Notes under the pieces: generated by a model
What the model was told of the DNA's origin: nothing
The model's input: the letters and a program-made list of their open reading frames with translations, nothing else
Database searches by the model: none
Program-made: the position numbers and the translations under genes
Part shown: piece by piece, positions 29,162 to 39,778 of the stretch
Layout: each line of letters begins with the position of its first letter
How positions within the stretch are numbered: position 1 is the stretch's first letter
IMG/VR virus record: IMGVR_UViG_3300042881_006586
DNA: 64,000 nt
Strand: one strand, 5' to 3'
From: a virus

Positions 29162-30454
29162 TTAACCAATTCTTATATTTTTATCTACTAAATCTTCCAA
29201 ATTAAAATTACTAATATTTTGTACATTTGTATCAGGGTCAGTTGGTAATCCTGAATAAGGATGTACATGTGTTTCTATAAAAGTTTTAACCAATTTCAAA
29301 AAGTCAATAAGTTTATCCCCATGAACCATTGGATGACTATTGGTATTTATTTCCAATTGAGCATCTTCAGTAATCATTTTTTCAGGGTCTGTCAATTGAA
29401 AATTGTTAGAACCTTTATGTGACAAAAGATTTATTTTTTCAGCAACAATATTTACAACACTCCCTGCAAATTGGTCAAATTCATTTTGGTCTTTTACAAT
29501 TTCTTCCTTTTGAATGATTGTTTTAGAAAGAGGGAAATCTTTATCTAATTTTGAAAGTTCAGGGTCAACTGTAATAAGTTTCCATTTAGAATAAGTGTTT
29601 TGGTAATCTGAAATTTGTTCTTTAGCTGCAAGTAATAGTTGTTCCCTATTATCATAGGCTTGATTAAATTCCTCAACTAATGTATTGGTAGTAAAAGAAA
29701 ATATTTTTATTTCTAATTGTTTATCTTCTCTAACGAATACATTTATGATATGTGTAGGAGGTGTAATTTTTTCAATAAATACCCTTTTTTTCTTAACTTC
29801 TTTTGAAGCATTGTTTAATCCATGTCTTATTTGAATATAAGCAGGGTCTTTTTTATTGAAAATTGTATTATCATTTTTTTCATGTTTACCTGCTCTCAAA
29901 AGAACTTCACCATCTCTCAAGAGAACATCAGTATTCTTTCTTCCAACAAGTCCTATATCTGTTTTTGTAGCATATGCGCCTTTTGCTGCAGGTATTTCAG
30001 ATATAGCTTTACCTGCTTCTAAAGTACCATCAGATTCACGAGAAGATGCCGTTGTGTCATAAGGGTCATTTTCTATATTTTGTGGCTTGGAAATAGATGT
30101 TGTAAAATAATATCTTTTTTCCTTTTGAGCACTTTTTAAAGTATTATGGTATCTATCCATAATAACCATAACTCTTTCACCTAATTGAGGCACATAATGA
30201 AAATATGCAGGAGTTAAAGGGTAGCATTCAGGAAGATTATCTATAAAAGAATCTGATAAAGCAGTAGAAAAATTATTTTTCTTTTTACTACTAAGTGAAA
30301 ATTTTTCAAAATCTGCTGATTTCGAATCTACTTCAGGAATATATACTTTTATTGTTCTTGATTCATATTTATCGGTTATGCTGACTACCTTCCCCCAATA
30401 TGCAATTTTGGAGGTTAAGGGTACATCTGATAAATCATCGTATTTGTGCCTCAT
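29162..30454 (-). CDS. baseplate hub/spike protein (gp5/VgrG-like OB fold with HxH tip)
   Basis: GKVVSITD..IKVYIP..VPQLGERVMV OB-fold pattern; C-terminal HVHPY. Confidence 0.7.
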   Translation of the reverse strand: MRHKYDDLSDVPLTSKIAYWGKVVSITDKYESRTIKVYIPEVDSKSADFEKFSLSSKKKNNFSTALSDSFIDNLPECYPLTPAYFHYVPQLGERVMVIMDRYHNTLKSAQKEKRYYFTTSISKPQNIENDPYDTTASSRESDGTLEAGKAISEIPAAKGAYATKTDIGLVGRKNTDVLLRDGEVLLRAGKHEKNDNTIFNKKDPAYIQIRHGLNNASKEVKKKRVFIEKITPPTHIINVFVREDKQLEIKIFSFTTNTLVEEFNQAYDNREQLLLAAKEQISDYQNTYSKWKLITVDPELSKLDKDFPLSKTIIQKEEIVKDQNEFDQFAGSVVNIVAEKINLLSHKGSNNFQLTDPEKMITEDAQLEINTNSHPMVHGDKLIDFLKLVKTFIETHVHPYSGLPTDPDTNVQNISNFNLEDLVDKNIRIG

Positions 30455-30849
30455 GATATTACTGATGTTCCTATACCTAAACCTGTAGTAACTCCTTGTA
30501 CTACGACAGGGCCTAAAGGTGATGCACCTACTGCAGTGACAGGTATCCCTGCAGGGAGAACTACTGTGAATTTAGCGTTTTCTAATAAATGTTCAACTAT
30601 TACTTCCATTCTTATTCTTTCCATTTTCTCTGAAACATTTTCTGCTCCTGAAGGTAAATTACCTATTGGAGCACCTGCTTCTTGTTGACGAATAATAACT
30701 TCCTTTGCCATATCTCTTGCAGACATTCCTGTTCGTGTAAATCCTCCTGTCAAGACTAAAGGTGCAGGGATAGGTAAAGCAGGTGTTTTACCTGATTTAA
30801 TTACCCCCATTATTATTTCTATAATTTTATCGATTGAGATTTCTTCCAT
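30451..30849 (-). CDS. putative baseplate/structural protein
   Basis: G/P/V-rich C-terminus; ATGA overlap with the hub gene. Confidence 0.5.
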   Translation of the reverse strand: MEEISIDKIIEIIMGVIKSGKTPALPIPAPLVLTGGFTRTGMSARDMAKEVIIRQQEAGAPIGNLPSGAENVSEKMERIRMEVIVEHLLENAKFTVVLPAGIPVTAVGASPLGPVVVQGVTTGLGIGTSVIS

Positions 30850-30850
30850 G

Positions 30851-32254
30851 TTATATAAAATTTGCTACTAATCCAATAATTTCATTATTTACTCCAAGTA
30901 AAGACTTAATAATACTTATCTGATTTTTAATTTTTTCTTTATTTTTTTCTATTGTCTCTTGAGTAACTAATTTAGTTAAATGTTTGATGAGAATTTTCAT
31001 AAGAAATTTGATTACTATCGGTAACAAAACTTTTTTAACTAAATCTATAATTAGTTGTTTATTTTCTTTCAAAAATTCTCCAAATGTTTTGAATCCTATA
31101 GAATTATTTACTATTTTAAAATAGCTTACAATCATCATCATTACTTTAGGCGCAAAAAGTAAATTTGCAAGAGCTTTTACTATTCCTAATAGAAAATTGC
31201 CAAAGAAATTATTTTTTCCAAAATCCCTATTTTCTTCACTTATATTGTTTGTTGCTTGATTTGAGAGCGTATCAAATTTATTTGTAAGAATATCCTTTAT
31301 CTCAATTAAAGTAGATGTTGCATTTAATTGGTCATTTAAATCAATTAAGTCATTTATATCTATAGAGCTTGAAACAAAATCACATTCTTTTAGAATTTTT
31401 TCCCCTGTAACTCTTTCTTCAACTTTTTCATTGAATAAATCAATTTCATCCTTTGTGAAATCAAAATAACTGTTATCTATTTCAGTAATTTCTGTGAAGT
31501 CAATAATTTTATCTATTAATATATCAAGTTCTACTTCTGCAGAAACAGTATTCTTGTTAAATTTTAATAGATTGGAAACTGAACCATATGTCATATCAAA
31601 TACCTTATTTACAAAAGTTGGTAAATTAAATATAATAATTCCATCTAAAAAAGCATTGATAAAATCATTTACAGTTCTTCCGCTCCAAGAGGAATCTATC
31701 TTCACATTGAAGATATTTGTTTTCATTTTGCCATCTACAATTCCTTGTTGCTGATATGTAACAGTGATTAAGTTTTTCCAACTTCCAACGTTACCTTGTA
31801 ATACATCATAAAGGTAAGCATTTAAGTCTTGAGAGATTGAACCATAAATTAGTTTACCTCCTATAGAATTAGGGTCTACTTTAAGAATGCTACAAAAGTC
31901 AACTTGTTTTACAGCTACATTAAATCCTGTACCTGTACCATCAACTAAAAAATCAGGAATAATTGCATCAACACTGCATGAAAATTTATTTTTTAAAATA
32001 TTTTTTAATCCTAATTTAATATAACCTTCTGTTGCAACACTCTGATAAGTTAAAAATGTTACTAATTCTTTTTTAAATTCTTCTATTCCTATCAAAATAT
32101 CAATTAAATCCTTTATAAATTTAACTGTTTTATTTTTTTTAGCAATTAAAGATTCTAATTTTTTATTTTTTTTTAATTTAGGAAATCCACTATTGATACT
32201 TTTTAAAGCAGCAATTTGATTTAAAACATCAAACTTTTTTTCAAATGTACCCAT
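30851..32254 (-). CDS. hypothetical (putative structural) protein
   Basis: 467-aa ORF tightly coupled in a late operon. Confidence 0.55.
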   Translation of the reverse strand: MGTFEKKFDVLNQIAALKSINSGFPKLKKNKKLESLIAKKNKTVKFIKDLIDILIGIEEFKKELVTFLTYQSVATEGYIKLGLKNILKNKFSCSVDAIIPDFLVDGTGTGFNVAVKQVDFCSILKVDPNSIGGKLIYGSISQDLNAYLYDVLQGNVGSWKNLITVTYQQQGIVDGKMKTNIFNVKIDSSWSGRTVNDFINAFLDGIIIFNLPTFVNKVFDMTYGSVSNLLKFNKNTVSAEVELDILIDKIIDFTEITEIDNSYFDFTKDEIDLFNEKVEERVTGEKILKECDFVSSSIDINDLIDLNDQLNATSTLIEIKDILTNKFDTLSNQATNNISEENRDFGKNNFFGNFLLGIVKALANLLFAPKVMMMIVSYFKIVNNSIGFKTFGEFLKENKQLIIDLVKKVLLPIVIKFLMKILIKHLTKLVTQETIEKNKEKIKNQISIIKSLLGVNNEIIGLVANFI

Positions 32255-32640
32255 TATAGACTTAAATCGTAAGTATTATCTTGTTCCATGTCTTTTAAAA
32301 TATTCTCACGAAGTTTAGCAATATCCTCTTGAGAAAGAGTTGGCATTTCATGCACTTCTTGTTCTTCTTTATCGCTATTGATTTTGCTTGTTCCGATTAC
32401 TTTAGCATGGATTTGAATAAGTTTGATTTTTTTGTCAATAACATCATTGAGAACTTTTCGACTCTCATTGAAATATCTTGCCAATTCCAATTCATCTTGA
32501 AAGTCTTCAGGTTTTGATTTTGAAGCCCTTTCACTTATTTTTTCCAAGATAGCTTTCTTTTGTTCATCGCAATCACGATAAGCTTCACGCATTGCATCAA
32601 AAAGGCTGTCTACATCTAATTTTATATTTCTCTTTGCCAT
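32254..32640 (-). CDS. helical hypothetical protein (candidate terminase small subunit)
   Basis: 128-aa coiled-coil behind a TATTTATA motif; candidate by size and composition only. Confidence 0.35.
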   Translation of the reverse strand: MAKRNIKLDVDSLFDAMREAYRDCDEQKKAILEKISERASKSKPEDFQDELELARYFNESRKVLNDVIDKKIKLIQIHAKVIGTSKINSDKEEQEVHEMPTLSQEDIAKLRENILKDMEQDNTYDLSL

Positions 32641-32661
32641 ATATATTTTTTTATATAAATA

Positions 32662-33459
32662 TTATGAATTCTTTTTTTTATTCAAATTTAAAGAAATATT
32701 CTGAATAGGTGTATCTTCGTTGCGATGGTTTCTTTTTAAACGTTCTTCCTTTTTCTGATAGTATAAGATTCTAAATCTTTTCAAATTATCTCTAATATCT
32801 TTAGTACTTAAATCAGTCATATTTCTAAGACATTCTAAAATTTGATTTTTATTATATTTTCTACCACCATCTTCAAAGAAAGATTCCCAATTTTTCATAA
32901 CTTCAAGAATTGCCAATCCAACTCTTTCTTCATTTTTCTTCAGGAACTTTTCTTCCTTTGGAAGAGCTGTATTCATTGATATCAACTCTTCCAATATTTT
33001 AACAAATTCGTTGAAAAACTCTGAAGTAAAACTGTCTTCTTCATCTATCTGATATGAATATTTTTCATCTTCTTCAATGTTTACTAAAACCGCATCATAA
33101 TTTTCTCTTTTGGTAATTTCATCTTGTTCTTTGATTCTTTTACCTAAAAGTCTATGTTTTATTATTGTACCATAATAAGAATATGCTTTTGTTCCTTGTG
33201 AAGGGTCAAATTTATCTATTTTGGTATGTAAAAAACTAAGTGTATCATTTAGCAATTCCTCAAAAGTCATTTCCTTGCTATATAAATTATATCGGTTGAT
33301 GATACTCTCAACCATTTTATATAGCGGTTCTTTTAAGAATTCCTCATAAATCTTATTTTTTTCACTTTCATCAAATGAACTTAAATAAAGTAAAGTTGCT
33401 TCTTCTTGTTCTACATCAAAATATCTTTTATGTTTTCTTTTTCTACCTCTTTTGTTCAT
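32662..33459 (-). CDS. phage late-transcription sigma factor (T4 gp55-like)
   Basis: YF..EQEEA, LYKMVESIINRY, KFDPSQGTKAYSYYGTIIK sigma region-2 pattern; no region 4 apparent. Confidence 0.75.
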   Translation of the reverse strand: MNKRGRKRKHKRYFDVEQEEATLLYLSSFDESEKNKIYEEFLKEPLYKMVESIINRYNLYSKEMTFEELLNDTLSFLHTKIDKFDPSQGTKAYSYYGTIIKHRLLGKRIKEQDEITKRENYDAVLVNIEEDEKYSYQIDEEDSFTSEFFNEFVKILEELISMNTALPKEEKFLKKNEERVGLAILEVMKNWESFFEDGGRKYNKNQILECLRNMTDLSTKDIRDNLKRFRILYYQKKEERLKRNHRNEDTPIQNISLNLNKKKNS

Positions 33460-33465
33460 GGTAAT

Positions 33466-34233
33466 TTATGGGTAAGATATTTCACGGTCATAATCAAAGA
33501 AGTATTCTTTCCTTGACATGTTGTACCAAAATTTCTTCTCCATTTCATCCATGTTTTTTTGCATATCATGAATTGAACCCGAAATACCGTTGAAATGTTT
33601 ATATGTCATCTTAGGTATTACATATACCATTTTTCCGAAATTTAACAATCTCAATAGGAATTCAAAGTCTCCGAATTTAAGAATGGATGATTTCAATTTA
33701 CCGACAGCTTCAAATGCAGATTTTTTGATTGTAAAACAATTTACATTAAAGTTATAAAAAGCTTTTTCTTTTGTTTTAGCTAAATCAAAATAACCGAATT
33801 TTTCCATAGTTCCTGCAGACCATACTGTTTCATTTGAAAAGCCAATAGGCTTATCTTCAAAATCTACTTCATATACTAAAGGAATAAAACAATCTATATT
33901 GGTATAAGCACTGATATACTTATTAATATTTTGAACATGATTCGGGAAAATCACATCATCAAATTGAACTACTGATAAATATTCAGTTTCGATTTTAGAT
34001 GCAGCAAAATTCACTTGAGAGGCAAAATCAGTTTTTCCACTGTCATTAACTATTTGTTGATAGTCAAAATCTTTCAACAAAGACTCAAGTTCCTTATTAA
34101 ATTTAGGGGCTACAACAGCCACTTTAAAATTTTTATCGTTTTGGTTTTTGATGGATTCTAAACATCCAATAAAATATTCCTTATTAGCTTTAGTGATTTC
34201 AAAAACAGGTATAATTAAAGTTGTATTATTCAT
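33466..34233 (-). CDS. glycosyltransferase family 2
   Basis: LIIPVF, CLESIKNQ, VQFDD DxD-like motif, DFEFLLR. Confidence 0.85.
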   Translation of the reverse strand: MNNTTLIIPVFEITKANKEYFIGCLESIKNQNDKNFKVAVVAPKFNKELESLLKDFDYQQIVNDSGKTDFASQVNFAASKIETEYLSVVQFDDVIFPNHVQNINKYISAYTNIDCFIPLVYEVDFEDKPIGFSNETVWSAGTMEKFGYFDLAKTKEKAFYNFNVNCFTIKKSAFEAVGKLKSSILKFGDFEFLLRLLNFGKMVYVIPKMTYKHFNGISGSIHDMQKNMDEMEKKFWYNMSRKEYFFDYDREISYP

Positions 34234-35281
34234 TGATTGTTGATTTTATTTCTTCTAATTTTTGGATTCTATTTTTCAAAAGAGTTTCAAATGTTTCAAC
34301 TGTAGCTTTTACAAAATTTTCTTTTGAATATTTTGCTGCAGTTTGTGCCATAATGTCATAGGCTTTGTTATCCAAAGTATCTACAAACCACTCATCCATA
34401 TATTGAGCAATATAATCAACCATTGTTGTATAATTCGATACCCAAATACCATTATCTGTTTCAGCATTAATCCATTCAGGAATCATATCAGGAACTTTAC
34501 CGATAACAGGCACACCTGATTTCATACATTCAAGAGGGAATGTTCCAAAAGAAGAAATCTCATCTACCCAAATAGCCAAACAACATTCTCTCAAATTGCT
34601 TGCAAATTCACTTCTATCCATATTAGAGGTTACTACAAATGGAATCCAAGAATACTGAGGATAAGTCAAATAAAATTCTTTTTGAATCTTTTCTCCTCTT
34701 GATTTATCTCTTGTGAATAAGAAGATTTTAGGATTTTGTGGTTTATCACTTGGTTTGAAATCATCATGAATATAAGGATTGATTACACTTATATCCATAT
34801 TTCTCATGAACCTTTCAATACGTTCTTTTTGGACTTCTGAAGTGGTAATTACAGTATTGATACCAAATTGTGACCATCTGATACCTGCATTCAGATTATA
34901 GAAGATTAAATCCTGTACCTGAGAAATAACCACAACTTCCCAAGGGAGTTTAATATTGTTCTCACGCATATCAGCATAGAATGATTGAACCCATGCTTCA
35001 GGTAAGAATAAAAAGTCAGATGGTTTTACAAGGATTTTCTCAAAAGGAGTATGAGGTAATTTATCATAGTTATTACCCATCCACATTGGGGTCATATATT
35101 CCTTATCGTGGAGAATATAGGCATTGTAGCCCTTTTCTCTGAGAACTGCTACCATATCATAGATATAGGCAACAGCACCGCTTGTATTACCTTTAGTGTT
35201 GGGCACATAAAAATAATATGAACCTTGATTTTCTTTCAGTTGATTTATAAAATCTTCAAAAGTTAATTTTTGATTTTCCAT
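34226..35281 (-). CDS. GT-B fold glycosyltransferase (GT4-like)
   Basis: SGAVAYIY..LREKGYNA N-terminal motif; SSFGTFPLECMKSGVPVIG. Confidence 0.8.
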   Translation of the reverse strand: MENQKLTFEDFINQLKENQGSYYFYVPNTKGNTSGAVAYIYDMVAVLREKGYNAYILHDKEYMTPMWMGNNYDKLPHTPFEKILVKPSDFLFLPEAWVQSFYADMRENNIKLPWEVVVISQVQDLIFYNLNAGIRWSQFGINTVITTSEVQKERIERFMRNMDISVINPYIHDDFKPSDKPQNPKIFLFTRDKSRGEKIQKEFYLTYPQYSWIPFVVTSNMDRSEFASNLRECCLAIWVDEISSFGTFPLECMKSGVPVIGKVPDMIPEWINAETDNGIWVSNYTTMVDYIAQYMDEWFVDTLDNKAYDIMAQTAAKYSKENFVKATVETFETLLKNRIQKLEEIKSTINE

Positions 35282-35365
35282 TTATTTATTTAAATTTTGT
35301 GTTGATTTTTTTGGTTCTTTAGAAATTTTTGCTTTCTTAGGGGTATTTGCAGGTTCGTTTTTCAT
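35282..35365 (-). CDS. 27-aa basic micro-ORF (MKNEPANTPKKAKISKEPKKSTQNLNK)
   Basis: ATGA overlap with the upstream stop; its TAA abuts the next ATG, filling the gap exactly. Confidence 0.45.
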   Translation of the reverse strand: MKNEPANTPKKAKISKEPKKSTQNLNK

Positions 35366-36174
35366 CGCAAATTAGCTTTAAAGTGATTGTAAATTTCTTT
35401 TAAAGATTCAAAAGAAAATATTTTAGTTCCTTCGATATCTTTGTTTTGTTCAGTAATAACTTTCAAACAAACTTTATTATCAGGTTTTGTCTTTATAATA
35501 TATGGGTCTGCTGTAATAATTAAATCATAAAGCTCCCATATCTTAGAATAATCATAAAGAAATTTAATATTATTTCCTTTGAATTGATTTTGTGCAAGGA
35601 AAAGTAGTGTAGCTGATTTGCTATTTTCTCTTTCTTGGCTTACAATTGTGATTGTATTATTATTTCTTGATAGGAAGTTATATAGAAGGTCTAAATCCAA
35701 CATGACTTGAGGATAAGTCAATGGAGTTCTTGAGAAAATTTCAAATGATTGCTCATGGTATAGGAAATTTTCAAAATCTTCTTCATTTTGGAACATATGA
35801 AGCTTAGAAATATTCATAGGGTCATTTGATTCCTTTATATCAATTAAAGACCTTTCTACATTTAAATCAAGTTCTGTTGTAACAAAATTTTCTGAAGTAT
35901 TGAGACTATTTTCAGTTAAATCATAAACTTTAAGAGGAGTTAATTCTATTTCTGCTTTTTCTTCAAGAGAAACAAGTGTTTCTTCGTTTACAGCGTCAAT
36001 ATTGATAATTTCTTTTTTCCTTTTAGAAAGTTCCTCTTGGTCAGCCCCACTGAGTTCATCATAAAATTCTTTTGAAACTGTTTGATTGATTTCTCTTACA
36101 TACATTTCGTATGCATCTTCCACTGTATTATAATGGCTTCTAACAACTTCATTTAGAGTAATACCTATTCTCAT
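35362..36174 (-). CDS. 5'(3')-deoxyribonucleotidase-like HAD-fold protein, degenerate active site
   Basis: MRIGITLNEVVR (DxD replaced), ITIVS, TLLFL, YDLIITADP. Confidence 0.55.
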   Translation of the reverse strand: MRIGITLNEVVRSHYNTVEDAYEMYVREINQTVSKEFYDELSGADQEELSKRKKEIINIDAVNEETLVSLEEKAEIELTPLKVYDLTENSLNTSENFVTTELDLNVERSLIDIKESNDPMNISKLHMFQNEEDFENFLYHEQSFEIFSRTPLTYPQVMLDLDLLYNFLSRNNNTITIVSQERENSKSATLLFLAQNQFKGNNIKFLYDYSKIWELYDLIITADPYIIKTKPDNKVCLKVITEQNKDIEGTKIFSFESLKEIYNHFKANLR

Positions 36175-36216
36175 TATTAGTTTTATTAATAATATAGTTG
36201 AGAATGATAAAAAATA

Positions 36217-36251
36217 AAAAAGCGAAAAATACTGTGTTTTGTATTTTTCGC
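36217..36251 (-). terminator. intrinsic terminator
   Basis: gcgaaaaatac / gtatttttcgc stem with a T run on the minus strand. Confidence 0.75.
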
Positions 36252-36285
36252 AATGTATTAAGTTATTATTAGGATATTTAAAAAA

Positions 36286-36834
36286 TTATTTTTCATGAAG
36301 CCAACATACTTCACTAAAGGAAAGATTTTTACCTTTAAAAAATTCATCTACAGCTTTTTCTACGCCAACATGCCCATTTCCGTAATCGTGTCCTGCAATA
36401 ATCCCCCCCTTTTTTAATTTTGGATACCAAGATTTTATATCTGAAATTACATTATTATAATCATGTGCAGCATCTATAAAAATAAAATCTAAAGTTTCAT
36501 TTTTATATAATTTACATGCTTCTATTGACTTCATTCTAATAGGATTAATAATATTTTTTACAGGTTCTATATTATTTAAAAATGTTTCCCATAATTGATA
36601 AGGTCTTTTGGGATGAGATTCTTCTTTTTTTACTTCCAACCAATCATCAACACAATCAAATTTTATATTTTTCTCAGAATTTATGATTTCTACTGCCATA
36701 AACGCAGCACTTCTTCCTTTCCAAGTACCTACTTCTACAAAATGACTTCCTGATGGGAATTTTTCAACCATATTTTTATATAAATTGGGATATGTAAACC
36801 AATTTTCTCCTAAATTTTGATAAAAGTGTTTCAT
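36286..36834 (-). CDS. class I SAM methyltransferase (Methyltransf_24-like)
   Basis: VEVGTWKGRS, DFIFIDAAHDY, KKGGIIAGHDY. Confidence 0.9.
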   Translation of the reverse strand: MKHFYQNLGENWFTYPNLYKNMVEKFPSGSHFVEVGTWKGRSAAFMAVEIINSEKNIKFDCVDDWLEVKKEESHPKRPYQLWETFLNNIEPVKNIINPIRMKSIEACKLYKNETLDFIFIDAAHDYNNVISDIKSWYPKLKKGGIIAGHDYGNGHVGVEKAVDEFFKGKNLSFSEVCWLHEK

Positions 36835-36855
36835 TAATATTTTTTTTATTTAAGT

Positions 36856-37482
36856 TTATTTATGTTTTATGTGATATGTCGGTGTTGAATTAAATTTGCC
36901 TACTATTTTATATGGTATTTTTGCTAATATGTTTTTTATTTCAAAATCGTTTGCTTCTATAACTATATCACATTTTGTTTTTAGAATCGTTGGAATAAAA
37001 CTATTAAAAACAGTATTAGACATTTTTTCGCAATCTATTTTTAATAATTTTAAATCATGAGTATCTAAATTTTCAGGAGTAATAGATTCAATTCCTTCAT
37101 TAGATTCAATCATATCACACATCCCCATATTTTCAGGAATTATATCATATTTATATTTTTTTAATTTATCACTTAATACTTTATTAAGAGGTGTTACATT
37201 TTTTAAATTATTTTCATTTATGTTTTCAATTAATAATTTAAAATTTTCAGATACAGGTTCAATTGCTATAACTCTATCTGCACAAAACATCGAAAAAAAA
37301 CATGTATGGTTTCCTACATTTGCTCCAACATCAATGAATAATCCTCCTTTAATATTATCTTTTATATGGTTTAACAACCTCTGTTCATAAAAAACTTTAT
37401 CTTTATTGATACATTTACCTATATGGTCATTATGATGATTAATTATTACAGATTTATTATTATAACTAAAAATTGTTTTCAT
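36856..37482 (-). CDS. FkbM-family methyltransferase
   Basis: FIDVGANVGNH, AIEP, LLKIDCE. Confidence 0.9.
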   Translation of the reverse strand: MKTIFSYNNKSVIINHHNDHIGKCINKDKVFYEQRLLNHIKDNIKGGLFIDVGANVGNHTCFFSMFCADRVIAIEPVSENFKLLIENINENNLKNVTPLNKVLSDKLKKYKYDIIPENMGMCDMIESNEGIESITPENLDTHDLKLLKIDCEKMSNTVFNSFIPTILKTKCDIVIEANDFEIKNILAKIPYKIVGKFNSTPTYHIKHK

Positions 37483-37493
37483 TATTATTTTTT

Positions 37494-38180
37494 TTAATAT
37501 GTTTTATCTAAATTCCATTTTTGTTTTTCTACTAAGTATTTTAAAAAGTCTGACTTTTTATTTATCAATCCTCTAAATTGGTCTTTTCCATCATCTACAA
37601 GTGTTAATGGAACATCTATAGATTGTAATTTCCAATGTAGCTTATGTTGAGCATAAAAAGATATCCATAAATCTTCAATAAATAAATATTCTTCAGGAAA
37701 ATTAAATAAATCATCGAATTTAAATATTTCTGAATCGAGAACCATTCCACATGTACCGCAATAATTAATATTAGTATTGTTTGGCATTATTTTTCTTCTA
37801 TTCCAATAATCAGTTTTACTTACTATTTTATAACAGTGTCTTGATTTAATAGTGTGAGGTTCATAATTTTTTACCATAATTTCCACAAAATTTTCTTGAG
37901 GGAATTGGTCATCATCAAAAAATATTACAGTTTTATATTCATTTTGATATTTTTTTGCTGCATAAAATCTTCCGATACCACCAATATTTTTTTCAGATTT
38001 AATTACATCAATATCTAATTTATATTTAGATATAATATTCTCAACTTCTTTTTTTTGTTCACTGTTATCCCATATTACTAATTTAAAATTTTTATAAGTT
38101 TGATTTGATAAACATGTTAATATTTTGTCTAAATTATTAACTCTTTTCCAAATACACATTATTATTACTACCTTTTCCAT
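37494..38180 (-). CDS. glycosyltransferase family 2-like
   Basis: CIWKR, IWDNS, IFFDDD, EDLWIS. Confidence 0.8.
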   Translation of the reverse strand: MEKVVIIMCIWKRVNNLDKILTCLSNQTYKNFKLVIWDNSEQKKEVENIISKYKLDIDVIKSEKNIGGIGRFYAAKKYQNEYKTVIFFDDDQFPQENFVEIMVKNYEPHTIKSRHCYKIVSKTDYWNRRKIMPNNTNINYCGTCGMVLDSEIFKFDDLFNFPEEYLFIEDLWISFYAQHKLHWKLQSIDVPLTLVDDGKDQFRGLINKKSDFLKYLVEKQKWNLDKTY

Positions 38181-39778
38181 TATTTTTTTAAATTTATAGT
38201 TTTTAAATGTTGTTTTTTTCTTAATTCAGTGTTCATTATTGAATCTTTATATCCTAAATGATTTACGTATGATTCTAATGGTGTATGAGTTTTAAAATTA
38301 TATTTATTTAACCTTCTACTTACTTGTTCCCATACGCCACTTCCTAAAAATTCATTTTTATGCCATCTACTTTTAGGAATTTCTTTCATATAATATCCTA
38401 TTTTATCAAAAACTATTTTAGGGTAGGCAGTTCCTCCATCAACCCAATCTTTCAACCCCCATCTTGGTTGAGATTCCATTTTTTCATTTAAATAATTTTG
38501 ATTTACTGCTAATTTAAAAATAGTTTCATCTGAATGTTGTTTTAAATTACCCATTAATGAATTTAAAAAATCATCTATGGGGTCATGGTCATCATCTAAT
38601 TGTAATAGATATTGATAATTATATCTTTTAACTTCTTGTAATAATTTATTAATACTTTCCCAATATTTTTTTTTGCCATTATTTTGAGGATTATGCAAAA
38701 TTTTTATATTTTCAAATTCTGAAAATAGTAATTTAAAATTTTCAATATCATTTCCATCGTTCAAAAGAATTATTTTAAAAGTATATTCTGTATCTTGTGA
38801 ATATATTTTTTGTATGATTGTTTTAATCATTTCATTTCTTTTATATGTTGAAAATGTTATAATAAAGTCATGGTATTCTTTTTTATTATTTATATCATTA
38901 TTAGATTGGTCATTTGAAACATTAAACTTCTTTTTAAAAATATCAATTGCACTACCGTGTTCATTATTATTATATACTTTATTACCCATAAGATTACTTT
39001 GAACTGTACTAATATCTTTTTTCATTCCCAATCCTGCACCACCTAAGCTTATCAAAACTTCTCTTATAACTCTTTTCTCCCCTGTTTTAGCATAGGCTTT
39101 TTGAATGAATCTAAAATCTCCACATTTCCACCCATCCCAACGAATTGTTTTAGCAATACCTGAATGAACCATAAAACATGGCGCACCAATTCTTGCTAAT
39201 CTTGGAGGAGTTCCTAATTCTTGAATTGAAGGTAATACTTGACCGTTAGGATATTTCATTTGCCAAAGAATCAAATCGGTTGTATTTTTGATAGCATTAA
39301 CCATCTTTTGAACAGTATTGTTATCTGCAAGATAATCATCATCATCTAAAAATAGAACCCATCCTTCTTTGACCTCATTTATTAAATGATTTAAATATAA
39401 ATTATAAATGAAACGATTTCCTGTCTTAGGGTCAGGAATATCATTTTCTTTGGAAATTGCTTCTTTGTCCATAAAGAAGTAATCAACATTGTGGCTTTTT
39501 ACATATCCTTCATCATTTAAATTATCAATAGAAACAATATGTCTTATATTTTTATAAGTTTGATTTTCTATAGACTCTCTACATCTTTTGAAGCCATTAG
39601 GTCTATTTGAAGTTCTTGTAAGAATGTTAATAAGTGGAGTTGGGGACTCAATTCTTTCAGTAACTACAACAGTTTTCTGAATAGTAATTTTAGGACTTCC
39701 TTTTTTGATAATTTCAGTAGTTGTCACTTGAGTTCCTTTATTACCTATTCTTGTGGCAAGTTTTTTTATATGCCTCAT
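38180..39778 (-). CDS. tandem double GT2-like glycosyltransferase
   Basis: Domain 1 ILTRTSNRP..LFLDDDD; domain 2 FSTYKR..LNDG..LQLDDD. Confidence 0.8.
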   Translation of the reverse strand: MRHIKKLATRIGNKGTQVTTTEIIKKGSPKITIQKTVVVTERIESPTPLINILTRTSNRPNGFKRCRESIENQTYKNIRHIVSIDNLNDEGYVKSHNVDYFFMDKEAISKENDIPDPKTGNRFIYNLYLNHLINEVKEGWVLFLDDDDYLADNNTVQKMVNAIKNTTDLILWQMKYPNGQVLPSIQELGTPPRLARIGAPCFMVHSGIAKTIRWDGWKCGDFRFIQKAYAKTGEKRVIREVLISLGGAGLGMKKDISTVQSNLMGNKVYNNNEHGSAIDIFKKKFNVSNDQSNNDINNKKEYHDFIITFSTYKRNEMIKTIIQKIYSQDTEYTFKIILLNDGNDIENFKLLFSEFENIKILHNPQNNGKKKYWESINKLLQEVKRYNYQYLLQLDDDHDPIDDFLNSLMGNLKQHSDETIFKLAVNQNYLNEKMESQPRWGLKDWVDGGTAYPKIVFDKIGYYMKEIPKSRWHKNEFLGSGVWEQVSRRLNKYNFKTHTPLESYVNHLGYKDSIMNTELRKKQHLKTINLKK

